64,000 bases of DNA, from positions 256,001-320,000 of the forward strand of contig JBFWLW010000002.1 in NCBI GenBank assembly GCA_050251945.1, given 5' to 3'. Below the pieces are notes generated by a model that ran no database searches, was not told where the DNA came from, and saw nothing but the letters and a program-made list of their open reading frames with translations. Positions within the stretch are counted from its first letter, which is position 1. Each line of letters begins with the position of its first letter. Below, one piece after another: positions 38,720 through 47,840 of this stretch. This stretch comes from Deferribacterales bacterium (lineage in GTDB: Bacteria; Chrysiogenota; Deferribacteres; Deferribacterales; Geovibrionaceae). A program made the position numbers and the translations under genes.

Positions 38720-39936
38720 TATACGGGGAGTTCGCCGTCAAAGTCCACAACCTGCCAGGGCAGACCGCACCTGTTCAGCTCATCCATAAAGGTATCCGGG
38801 TCGAGCTGTTCAACGTTGAAAACGCCTTCACCCTTCCATATTCCTTTCAGCATCATCATTGCGCCTATCATAGCGGGAACACCTGTGGTGTATGAAACAG
38901 CCTGCGCCTGAACCTCAAGGTAGCACTCTGCGTGGTCGCATACGTTATAGATATATTTCTTAAATCTTCTGCCGTCCTTTTCGCCGTCAAATATACAGCC
39001 GATAACAGCTTTACCGGTATAGTTAGTTCCCAGACTGCCGGGGTCGGGAAGAAGTGCCTTGAGAAACTGGAGGGGTATTATTTTGACACCGTTGTACTCC
39101 ACTTCGTCTATGCGGGTCATGCCAACGTTCTCAAGAACCTTAAGGTGCGTGATGTAATTCTGTGAAAAAGTCATCCAGAAGCGTATCTGTTTCAGACCTT
39201 TTATGTGCTTAACGATTGATTCCATCTCTTCGTGATAGAGCAGATAACTCTCTTTAACACCCGCCTGCGGATAGTCAAAGGGAAAATGAACGCATTTGTC
39301 GTCAAGTATAGCAGGGGTTTCAACCCATTTGCCCTCTTTCCAATGGCGGACAACCTGGGTAACCTCGCGGATGTTTATCTCAGGGTTGAAGTTTGTTGCA
39401 AAAGGGTGACCATGGTCGCCCGCGTTGCAGTCGAGGATATCTATGGTCTCAATGCTGTCAAATATGTGTTTCTGTGCGTATGCGCAGAAGATGTTTGTAA
39501 CTCCGGGGTCAAACCCGCATCCGAGAACTGCCATCAGCCCTTTCTCTTTGAATCTGTCCTGATAAGCCCACTGCCATGAATATTCAAAGTGAGCGGTATC
39601 CTTGGGTTCATAGTTTGCGGTGTCCATGTAATTAACGCCGGTTTCAAGACAGGCGTCCATTATTGTAAGATCCTGATAAGGAAGCGCAACGTTAAGCACA
39701 AGTTCGGGTTTAACGCTGTTGATAACTTTTACAAGGTCTGCAACGTCGTCCGCATCCACAGCGTAAGTGGAGACGTTCACTCCGTAAAGGTCTTTCACCT
39801 CTTTGGCTATCTGGTCGCATTTTGATTTGGTGCGGCTTGCAAGATGTATATCTGAAAATACGTCCGCATGCTGTGCGCACTTTTTAACAACAACGTTACC
39901 GACGCCGCCGGCGCCTATTATAAGAATTTTTGACAT
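38719..39936 (-). CDS. Carboxy(nor)spermidine dehydrogenase (saccharopine dehydrogenase family)
   Basis: GAGGVG, ALPYQD, DTANYEP, GFDPG, ATNFNPEIN and SYTTGVP motifs; start at ATG 39936. Confidence 0.93.
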   Translation of the reverse strand: MSKILIIGAGGVGNVVVKKCAQHADVFSDIHLASRTKSKCDQIAKEVKDLYGVNVSTYAVDADDVADLVKVINSVKPELVLNVALPYQDLTIMDACLETGVNYMDTANYEPKDTAHFEYSWQWAYQDRFKEKGLMAVLGCGFDPGVTNIFCAYAQKHIFDSIETIDILDCNAGDHGHPFATNFNPEINIREVTQVVRHWKEGKWVETPAILDDKCVHFPFDYPQAGVKESYLLYHEEMESIVKHIKGLKQIRFWMTFSQNYITHLKVLENVGMTRIDEVEYNGVKIIPLQFLKALLPDPGSLGTNYTGKAVIGCIFDGEKDGRRFKKYIYNVCDHAECYLEVQAQAVSYTTGVPAMIGAMMMLKGIWKGEGVFNVEQLDPDTFMDELNRCGLPWQVVDFDGELPV

Positions 39937-40093
39937 TATATATTCTCCATAAAATTTTCTGTTTATTTTCAACTCCAATCCCACGGAAACAAATCAGGTT
40001 TCAGGAAGAAACCCGCCTGCGTGAGCGAAGGGAGGCTATAACGACCGGAGCGTATACAAGTTTTTCCTACGGATGGGAAAAACTTGCAGCTAA

Positions 40094-42019
40094 TCAGTCT
40101 TTCTCGAAATATGTATACCCGCGAAGACCTTCGTCAAATCCGTTGAGAATGTCCTTGCGTTCCTTACCGGAGATGAAGCCCTGCTGGACAGCGTCTTCCG
40201 CTATCTTTTTAAGTCTGTGCTTCATTGCCTTAACATCGTATTCAACATATGAAAGCACGTCCGCCACTGAATCCCCCTCAAGCTCGCGTACCACCTGATA
40301 AGAACCGTCCAGATTCACATTGATGGACACGACGTTAGTATCGCCGAACAGGTTGTGCAGGTCGCCCAGCGTCTCCTGATACGCACCGACGAGGAACACG
40401 CCGAGATAATACTCTTCGCTGTCTTTAAGGTCGTGCAGAAGAATTGCGTTCTTGTCGTGGGAATAGTCGGGGAAATTATCTATCTTCCCGTCGCAGTCGC
40501 AGGTTATGTCAGAAATTATAGCCGGACGGGTGGGAGCCTCGTTCAGCCTGTGGATAGGCATAACAGGGAAAATCTGGTTTATCGCCCAGACGTCGGGAAG
40601 CGACTGGAACAAGGAAAAGTTTCCGTAATATATATCGTAAAGCAGCTTGTCTATATCCTGAACGTCCTTGGGAACGTGGGTCATAGTTCTCGCTGTGGAA
40701 GAAATCTTCATAAGTATATGGCGGACAAGGTTTTCAGCCATAGCACGCTGGCGCAGGGTTATCTGTCCGTGCTTGAAAAGCTGTTTCGCCTGATTTCTGT
40801 AAAACAGGGCATCGTTACAGCTCTCCTGTATGCTTCTGGGCGATACGTCGTTGTAAGTCACCAGCAGATTGTCGAGCAGACCACCGTTGCATTTCGGAAG
40901 CTCGTCGGGAATAGCGTGCGGTACAAAGGTTGACACATCCAAAACATTGAACAGCAATACCGAATAATAAGCAACAGTTACACGACCGGACTCTGTAATT
41001 ATGATCGGATGAGGAATCCCTTTTTTGCCTATTACGTTTATTATGGATTCCACCACGTCGTAGCAGTATTCCTCAACTGAATAGTTGCGGCTTGAGTGAT
41101 AGTTGGTGCTTGATCCGTCGTAATCCACCGCAAGACCGCCGCCGAAGTCGATGAATCCCATGGGTGCGCCCTCGTTCACCAGTTCTTCGTAAATGCGGCA
41201 TGCTTCCAGAGCGCCCGCGCGGATATCGCGGATGTTCGGAATCTGCGAACCTATATGATAATGAAGGAGTTTCAGGCAATCCAGCTTGTTTTCCTCTTTC
41301 AGTCTGTCAAGAACGTCGACCATCTGGCTGATGTTCAGTCCGAAAACGCTGTTGTCGCCGCCGGATTCCGACCACTGACCCTCTGCCTGTGTGGAAAGCT
41401 TTCCTCTCAGTCCCAGCAGGGGGCGCACTTTAAGCTTTTTCGCCCGCTCAAGGATAAGATCCACCTCGCCCGGCACCTCTATAACAAAGAAACACTGATA
41501 GCCCATTTTGACTGCATTGAGACCAAGATCAATAAACTCTTCGTCTTTGTATCCGTTGCATATAAGACATGCATCACGGTTTTGCAGCATGCTTATCGCA
41601 GCAAGCAGTTCCGGTTTGCTGCCCGCCTCAAGTCCGTGGTTGAACTCTTTGCCGAACTCGGATATCGCCTCGATAACCTGTTCCTGCTGATTTACCTTAA
41701 TAGGAAAAACGCCCTTGTATTGCCCCTGATATCCGGTTTCGTCTATTACCTTGCGGAACGTCTGATGCAGAAGCTTTATCTGTGACCCCAGAATATTCTC
41801 GATACGCAGGATAACGGGCATACTCATACCCCGTTCTTCAATCTCCTGAACAATATCATAAAGGCTGATACGCGCTCCGTTGTCCTTTCCGAAAGGCGTA
41901 ACGGTCACATCTCCAAGCGGATTTATTGAAAAATAATCCGCACCCCATTTGTTGATTCCGTAAAGCTCTTCGGAATCCTGTATAGTCCAGTTTTTACATT
42001 TTTCAGGGTCACGCCACAT
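40094..42019 (-). CDS. speA: Biosynthetic arginine decarboxylase
   Basis: PIKVNQ, EAGSKPEL, HIGSQI, ESGR, TCDCDG and GAYQETLGDLHNLFG motifs; start at ATG 42019. Confidence 0.96.
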   Translation of the reverse strand: MWRDPEKCKNWTIQDSEELYGINKWGADYFSINPLGDVTVTPFGKDNGARISLYDIVQEIEERGMSMPVILRIENILGSQIKLLHQTFRKVIDETGYQGQYKGVFPIKVNQQEQVIEAISEFGKEFNHGLEAGSKPELLAAISMLQNRDACLICNGYKDEEFIDLGLNAVKMGYQCFFVIEVPGEVDLILERAKKLKVRPLLGLRGKLSTQAEGQWSESGGDNSVFGLNISQMVDVLDRLKEENKLDCLKLLHYHIGSQIPNIRDIRAGALEACRIYEELVNEGAPMGFIDFGGGLAVDYDGSSTNYHSSRNYSVEEYCYDVVESIINVIGKKGIPHPIIITESGRVTVAYYSVLLFNVLDVSTFVPHAIPDELPKCNGGLLDNLLVTYNDVSPRSIQESCNDALFYRNQAKQLFKHGQITLRQRAMAENLVRHILMKISSTARTMTHVPKDVQDIDKLLYDIYYGNFSLFQSLPDVWAINQIFPVMPIHRLNEAPTRPAIISDITCDCDGKIDNFPDYSHDKNAILLHDLKDSEEYYLGVFLVGAYQETLGDLHNLFGDTNVVSINVNLDGSYQVVRELEGDSVADVLSYVEYDVKAMKHRLKKIAEDAVQQGFISGKERKDILNGFDEGLRGYTYFEKD

Positions 42020-42053
42020 TAGCAAACTCCCGCCGTTTATCTTAAGACAGGAA

Positions 42054-42082
42054 AATCTACGGAAAAACATTCAGGATGTCAA
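42054..42082 (-). promoter_or_regulatory. Sigma70 promoter of the speA operon
   Basis: TTGACA-17 nt-TAGATT on the minus strand. Confidence 0.65.
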
Positions 42083-42324
42083 CATAATACTATCACTTAA
42101 TCGTGATTTTTCATTATAATTATAACATTGCCGTCCAAAAAACACAAAAAAACAGGAAAACATATGATTGCCCGACTTATCATATTAAGTCTTTGATAAA
42201 CAATATATTATGTTTCAGTTTTACAGTTTTCTGACATAGAATACATCTTAATTTTACAGAATAAGCCGCTATTTTGCTTAAAAAACTGCTGATTATCGGC
42301 TATTAATAGTCGGCTTTTTGAAAA

Positions 42325-42362
42325 CTGTGCAGAATCTGCACAGCAGATGGCAAATTTTACCA
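42325..42362. promoter_or_regulatory. Tandem palindromic operator/enhancer-like sites
   Basis: Perfect CTGTGCAGA-A-TCTGCACAG (42325-42343) followed by imperfect TGGCAAA-T-TTTACCA (42348-42362). Confidence 0.5.
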
Positions 42363-42398
42363 ATGTAAATTTTTGACACTGTGGTGTATTATTCTTTT

Positions 42399-43661
42399 AT
42401 GAACAACACAACGGTAAATAAACTGAAAAATCTGCTTATAGCCGCACTGGTGCTGAACCTTCTGGTGATATTCGCTCAGATTTACAATACTGTATCCACG
42501 CTTAAAAGCGCCAGAAACTCGCTTGCGCTGACAGGATTTGCCGCACTGACAACCTTTGAAGGCGGAAGAAGAGCCATGATGGCTCTTAACCCCGAATTTG
42601 CGCCGCGCTTCAAATCTTTCTTAAGAGAAACTGCGGGCACCTCGGCAGTCCGCTCAATATATCTTTTCGACAAGGACGGAAACGTCCTGCTGAACACCGG
42701 CGACATCGAACTGCCTAACTTTCCGATAGGGAGCAGATTGGTTTCCCAGACATCAGAAGGAATTCTGGTGATAAAACCCATGATATCACATCACCTCGGC
42801 AGGGGGATGGGCAGAGGGATGGGCAGAATGATGGATGAACCGCAACCGGATATTGAATCCGCACTGAATCCCATAGCTTTCGGCGGCGCTCTGGTTGATG
42901 ATTCCAATCTGAAAAGCCTTCGCGCGTCACAGCTCAGCTTTCTCGGCAGCGTTATACTGCTTCAGATACTCCTCGGGGTGGTGTTCTTTTACAGCTTCCG
43001 CATGTCCAAACAACACACGGAACAGACTCGCCTGCTGGAACTTGCCGAGCGGGAAGCGGAAATGGGTAAAATGTCCCTTGTAATGGCGCACGAACTTAAG
43101 AACCCGCTTAGTTCCGTTAAGGGACTGATAGAGTTCTCCGCCAAAAAAAGTGAAGGAACGGCAAAGGATATTGCTGAAAGATGTGTTGAGGAACTCTCCA
43201 GACTGGACAGAATCGTTAATGACTTTCTCACTTACGGGAGAGACATCACAATTGAAAAAAGTGAAGTTTCCATGACAGAACTGGCAAAACGTACGGCGGA
43301 ACTCCTGCAGGCGGATGCGGAAGCAAAAAATATATATATTGACGTTGCGGGCAAAACCCGCTCAGTACAGGCGGACAGCGCAAAGATGATGCAGGTGCTT
43401 TTTAATCTTCTGCTGAACGCCGTTCAGGCGGCACCCGAAAACAGCACCGTCAAAGTGGATTTCACCGGTTACTCGCTTACAGTGACCAACGATGTAACTG
43501 AGCGCCTGACCGATACGGACAAAATAGGCACTCCGTTCTATACCACAAAAACAGTCGGCACTGGACTTGGCATAGCAATAATAAAAAGAATACTCGCCCT
43601 CCACGGGTTCGGATTTTCCATTCACGCGGACGAGAAATTCATCGCGGAGATAACATTCTGA
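42399..43661 (+). CDS. Membrane sensor histidine kinase (ZraS/HydH-like)
   Basis: Two TM segments; AHELKNPL, QVLFNLLLNA, PFYTTK and GTGLG motifs. Confidence 0.9.
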   Translation: MNNTTVNKLKNLLIAALVLNLLVIFAQIYNTVSTLKSARNSLALTGFAALTTFEGGRRAMMALNPEFAPRFKSFLRETAGTSAVRSIYLFDKDGNVLLNTGDIELPNFPIGSRLVSQTSEGILVIKPMISHHLGRGMGRGMGRMMDEPQPDIESALNPIAFGGALVDDSNLKSLRASQLSFLGSVILLQILLGVVFFYSFRMSKQHTEQTRLLELAEREAEMGKMSLVMAHELKNPLSSVKGLIEFSAKKSEGTAKDIAERCVEELSRLDRIVNDFLTYGRDITIEKSEVSMTELAKRTAELLQADAEAKNIYIDVAGKTRSVQADSAKMMQVLFNLLLNAVQAAPENSTVKVDFTGYSLTVTNDVTERLTDTDKIGTPFYTTKTVGTGLGIAIIKRILALHGFGFSIHADEKFIAEITF

Positions 43662-44959
43662 TGAACATATTAATTGTTGACGACGAGCAGAACCACAGAC
43701 TGATGCTTAAGCTGCATCTGGAAGATGCCGGACACTCAACAAATGAGGCAGCTAACGGTATGGAAGCGCTCTCGCTGCTGGAAAGATTTACATACGACGC
43801 CGTGCTTCTTGACATGAAAATGGACATCATGGACGGGATAACAACTCTGGGTATGATGCGGCAGCGCGGCATGGAATCTCCCGTCATCATAATTACCGCT
43901 TTTTCGACTGTAAAAACTGCTGTGGAGGCGATGAAGCTGGGCGCAGCAGATTACCTTACGAAACCGGTGGACATACAGGCGCTCTTTGATGCACTGGCAA
44001 ACTGCACAGCTTCCAATGCATCCGCTGAATATGCTCCCGTTGACGGTTATGTCTTCGGCGGCGTATACTCCGCAACAGGGCTTGGCAGTGTAATAAACCA
44101 CCTCAAGCTGGTTGCTCCAACGGACGCGACTGTTCTTGTTCTCGGCGAATCAGGAACGGGAAAAGAACTTGTGGCAAGATCGGTTCATGACAACTCACGG
44201 CGCAAAGACAAGCCATATCTTGCAATAAACTGCGCCGCACTTAGCGAAAATATCATTGAAAGCGAGCTTTTCGGACACGTTAAAGGAGCTTTCACAACCG
44301 CGGTTAAGGACAAAACAGGACTTTTTGAGGCTGCAGACGGCGGAACTCTGTTTCTGGACGAAATAGGAGAACTTTCTCAGACAGTTCAGGCAAAACTGCT
44401 CAGAGTTTTGCAGGAAGGCACTTTTGAGCGCGTTGGCGACACGAAAACCATAAAAACAGATGTGCGCATCATAGCCGCAACAAATAAGAACCTGAAAAAA
44501 CTCTCCGAAACTGGGGATTTCCGTGAAGACCTCTATTTCCGTCTGGCAGTATTTCCTGTTGAGATACCGCCTCTGCGGGAAAGAAAAGAGGAACTTCCCG
44601 CTCTGGTAAAATTCTTTATAGAAAAACATGCAAAACGCTTCGGAAAACTTGTTAAATCAGCAGACGACGCATATCTGCGCGCTCTTAAAAACTATCCTTT
44701 CCCCGGAAACATCAGAGAACTCGAAAACCTAGTGGAACGAAGCATGATCCTGACCACTTCCCAAAAACTGGAAGCCTCCACACTTCCGCCGCTGGGAACA
44801 AAACAAGCGGTCGGGCTGAGCATTCGTAACAATGAACGTGAATTAATTGTGAAAGCTTTGCAAAAAACCGGCGGAAATAAATCAAAAGCGGCGGAAATCC
44901 TTGAAATATCACGTAGAACGCTCCATAATAAATTGAAAGAATTCGACATTGAGGACTAA
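43661..44959 (+). CDS. Sigma54-dependent response regulator (REC-AAA+-Fis HTH)
   Basis: Receiver domain; GESGTGKE, ESELFGHVKGAFT and PGNIREL; C-terminal HTH. Confidence 0.94.
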   Translation: MNILIVDDEQNHRLMLKLHLEDAGHSTNEAANGMEALSLLERFTYDAVLLDMKMDIMDGITTLGMMRQRGMESPVIIITAFSTVKTAVEAMKLGAADYLTKPVDIQALFDALANCTASNASAEYAPVDGYVFGGVYSATGLGSVINHLKLVAPTDATVLVLGESGTGKELVARSVHDNSRRKDKPYLAINCAALSENIIESELFGHVKGAFTTAVKDKTGLFEAADGGTLFLDEIGELSQTVQAKLLRVLQEGTFERVGDTKTIKTDVRIIAATNKNLKKLSETGDFREDLYFRLAVFPVEIPPLRERKEELPALVKFFIEKHAKRFGKLVKSADDAYLRALKNYPFPGNIRELENLVERSMILTTSQKLEASTLPPLGTKQAVGLSIRNNERELIVKALQKTGGNKSKAAEILEISRRTLHNKLKEFDIED

Positions 44960-45874
44960 ATGAAATTTACTGCCATATTGCTATGCCTGCTGTTCGCCCT
45001 CCCGGCGTTTGCGGAAGATAAGATATCCGGATATATCTCCGGCGGCGTCATCGTAATTAACTCAGACGATAAGCTTATCCCTGACGGGGAAGCAAAGGAT
45101 ACACACTTCGATACCCTGACGAAAATAGGCGCTATGATCACAGGCGAAGTGAATTATAAACCCGACGAACATACAAGATTCCACATCGGCGTTCCCATGC
45201 AAGACATTTCTCCGAAATTCGAACTGGGAGTAGCTAGAGAATTTGAGAACAAGACCAAAGCCGATTTCTCCGTCATCTTAAGCCCGATGGAAAAAACATG
45301 GCAAAACCCATACATAGAGAGAAGACACGAAACCGACGCGGAAAGCTACGGGCTGGCACTGAAACTCAGAAGAATTGCAGGAACCGGATTCTTTACAGAA
45401 ATGTCCGTTATGAAGCATAATGTCAGCAACGACAAAGCGGAGGATGCATATTCATCCCTCGGAAGAAACGGATATGACAGTGAATTCAAAGCCGGATACG
45501 CCTTTCCTCTCAAGGAACGTTTTTTTGCTGATGTATTCGGCAAATTTGCCGCGGGCAACAGAGACGGCGACGCCGAATCGTTCAAAAGCTACGGCACAGG
45601 AATAAAAATCACAGCCTTCACTAAAGACAAGAACCTTCTCGTTTTCCTGCTGGCTCTGGACAGGGTGGAATTCAACGCGGACAATCCATATTTTAACGAC
45701 ACACGCGAAGAAACATCATACGGCGCCATGGCACTTTACAGACTTAACGACGCGTTCGGCTTTAAAGACAAGTTCATCTCTTTCTCCGGCGGATACGGAG
45801 CACGTGAGGCAAATATCGAATTCTTTGACGCGGAATCGTTTTTTGCAGGCATAGGAGCCGGTCTGAATTTCTGA
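44960..45874 (+). CDS. Outer-membrane beta-barrel protein (DUF2860-like)
   Basis: Signal peptide; amphipathic strands; W.NPY; NPYF..TR; C-terminal Phe. Confidence 0.65.
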   Translation: MKFTAILLCLLFALPAFAEDKISGYISGGVIVINSDDKLIPDGEAKDTHFDTLTKIGAMITGEVNYKPDEHTRFHIGVPMQDISPKFELGVAREFENKTKADFSVILSPMEKTWQNPYIERRHETDAESYGLALKLRRIAGTGFFTEMSVMKHNVSNDKAEDAYSSLGRNGYDSEFKAGYAFPLKERFFADVFGKFAAGNRDGDAESFKSYGTGIKITAFTKDKNLLVFLLALDRVEFNADNPYFNDTREETSYGAMALYRLNDAFGFKDKFISFSGGYGAREANIEFFDAESFFAGIGAGLNF

Positions 45875-45941
45875 TTTAATCTGTCTGTACAAAAAGACCT
45901 TTCCGGTGTAAATTTAGTCATAATATACACTGAGGTTCTTT

Positions 45942-47258
45942 ATGAAGAATATTCTTATTCTCGGAGGCGGTTTCGGCGGTCTTACTGCTGTTTCTTTTTT
46001 CAGAACACACATTAAATCGGGCAAGGTTTCCGTTACCCTCATAGACAAAAACAACTATTCTCTGTTTACCCCCATGCTGGCGGAGGTTGTCAGCGGAAAC
46101 GTAAAACCGGAGAACATAGTATTTCCGCTCAGAGAGATATGCGTAAAAAGCGGCATTCGTTTCATCAAAGACGAAGTTCGGCATATCGACACTGTTGCCA
46201 ATAAAGTGACCTGCGAAAACGGCGAATACCCGTTCGACTATCTTATCGTTGCAACAGGCAGCCGCACCAATTTCCGCGGCAACCAGTCCGCTATGAAAAA
46301 CGCTTTTGAATTCAAAAATATCACCGACGCCATACACATAAAATACCTTATAATAGACTTCCTCGAAAAAGCCAGTACACTCACTGATCCGGAAGAGAAA
46401 AAACGACTGCTCTCATTTTCCATCATAGGCGGAGGCATCACAGGTGTCGAACTTGCCAGCGAAATGAACGACTACATCCGTGCAAAAATAAAAAAAGAGT
46501 ACAACACCGTCAAAACGGACGAATACGACATAACCATCCTCGAATACAGCAAAACCGTTCTGCCCGCTATTGACCCTTCTCAGGCTCGTAAGGCGCAGGA
46601 AATACTGATTAAAAACGGCATTAACGTGATAAACGGCGCCGCTGTGGATGAAGTGGAACTGGACAGCATAACCTACAGAAAAGACGACCGGCAGTATACG
46701 AAAAGCTCGTCTGTCACCGTCTGGACGGCAGGGGTTGAGGGACAGGAATATCTGAAAGAAGTTGGCGGCGATACAACACCCGACAACAGGTTGAAGATAA
46801 CAAGATCGCTTAATCCGCAGGCTCTGGATGCACCGCATATATTTGTTATAGGCGACAGCTGCGCATATGAGTTTAAAGGCAGATTTCTGCCTCCTGTGGC
46901 TCCGTTGGCAATGCAGCAGGCGGTTATGGCAGTCAAAAACATAATGCGCCTTATAAACGGCAAAGAGCCCGTTGACTTCACCTATCTGCACTTCGGATAT
47001 CTCGTGTCACTGGGCAAAAACAACTCTGTCGTCAACCTTTTCGGAATCAAGATGCGTGGCGCACTGGCTTACTATATATGGAAAGGCGCATACTTATTCA
47101 AAATAGGCATGTTCAAGAAACAGGTGGCAGTTTTTTTTGACTGGGTCATGTCCTTCTGTTTCGGCAACGAATCCGTGCTTATAATAGATCAGGATAACTG
47201 CACAAACTGTATTTTGCAGAAGAACCACAAAAAACCGGCGAAGAAAATGCCGCTGTAG
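45942..47258 (+). CDS. Type II NADH:quinone oxidoreductase-like flavoprotein
   Basis: GGGFGG, FTPML.EV.SG, GGG.TGVELA, WTAGV, IGD and A.QQ motifs. Confidence 0.88.
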   Translation: MKNILILGGGFGGLTAVSFFRTHIKSGKVSVTLIDKNNYSLFTPMLAEVVSGNVKPENIVFPLREICVKSGIRFIKDEVRHIDTVANKVTCENGEYPFDYLIVATGSRTNFRGNQSAMKNAFEFKNITDAIHIKYLIIDFLEKASTLTDPEEKKRLLSFSIIGGGITGVELASEMNDYIRAKIKKEYNTVKTDEYDITILEYSKTVLPAIDPSQARKAQEILIKNGINVINGAAVDEVELDSITYRKDDRQYTKSSSVTVWTAGVEGQEYLKEVGGDTTPDNRLKITRSLNPQALDAPHIFVIGDSCAYEFKGRFLPPVAPLAMQQAVMAVKNIMRLINGKEPVDFTYLHFGYLVSLGKNNSVVNLFGIKMRGALAYYIWKGAYLFKIGMFKKQVAVFFDWVMSFCFGNESVLIIDQDNCTNCILQKNHKKPAKKMPL

Positions 47259-47264
47259 AATCTG

Positions 47265-47293
47265 TTGCATGTATTCTTTGTATTACATATAAT
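47265..47293 (+). promoter_or_regulatory. Sigma70 promoter with RelB-type operator for the antitoxin
   Basis: TTGCAT-17 nt-TATAAT with the palindrome TGTA-T-TACA (47279-47287) in the spacer. Confidence 0.65.
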
Positions 47294-47312
47294 ACTTACA
47301 TGAGGTGCAACC

Positions 47313-47531
47313 ATGCTCACAGTCAGATTACCGGAAGAGATTGAGGCACGTCTTAATGAGCTTTCCGAAAAAACAGGAAGACCAAAAAGCTATTACATCA
47401 GGGAGGCAGTAGAAAACTATCTTGAAGACATGGAAGACCTTTACCACGCCGAAACCGTGTACAGACGCGTGCTTGAAGGCAAGGAAGAGATTTCCGCACT
47501 TGAAGATATAGAGAAACGCCTTGGCTTATAA
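47313..47531 (+). CDS. Ribbon-helix-helix antitoxin (RelB/CopG-like)
   Basis: MLTVRLP...RL..L...TGR.KS.YIREA...LEDMED pattern; acidic C-terminus. Confidence 0.85.
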   Translation: MLTVRLPEEIEARLNELSEKTGRPKSYYIREAVENYLEDMEDLYHAETVYRRVLEGKEEISALEDIEKRLGL

Positions 47532-47565
47532 AATTCTTTTCACCAAAACAGCAGAAGTTGAATGA
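47521..47565 (+). pseudogene. Truncated RelE/StbE toxin stub
   Basis: TTG start overlapping the antitoxin end gives MAYKILFTKTAEVE*, a typical RelE N-terminus, cut just before the IS remnant. Confidence 0.65.
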
Positions 47566-47576
47566 GATGATTACCG

Positions 47577-47754
47577 GATTACGTTTACCTTAACGACAGA
47601 CCTGACGCTAAGACTGTTATTTCTATGTTGCCTGAATGGTTTGAGAATTATAATGAAATGCATCCGCATAAGGGCTTGAAAATGTTGTCTCCGAGAGAGT
47701 ATATAAGAAAAAATAAGCACTAAATCGTTTACACTCTAAACAGGGGCTACTGCA
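47577..47754 (+). mobile_element. IS3-family (IS2-like) remnant: OrfB C-terminus and right end
   Basis: Translates DYVYLNDRPDAKTVISMLPEWFENYNEMHPHKGLKMLSPREYIRKNKH* (YN..HPH..L...SP motif), followed by ...CAGGGGCTACTGCA ending in CA. Confidence 0.8.
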
Positions 47755-47840
47755 AAGCCGTGATTCTTACAACTGCGCATTAATTTTGAGAATAGAACTA
47801 CAGTTAACACGGTTAGTCTAACAGGCTCAAATATAAATGC

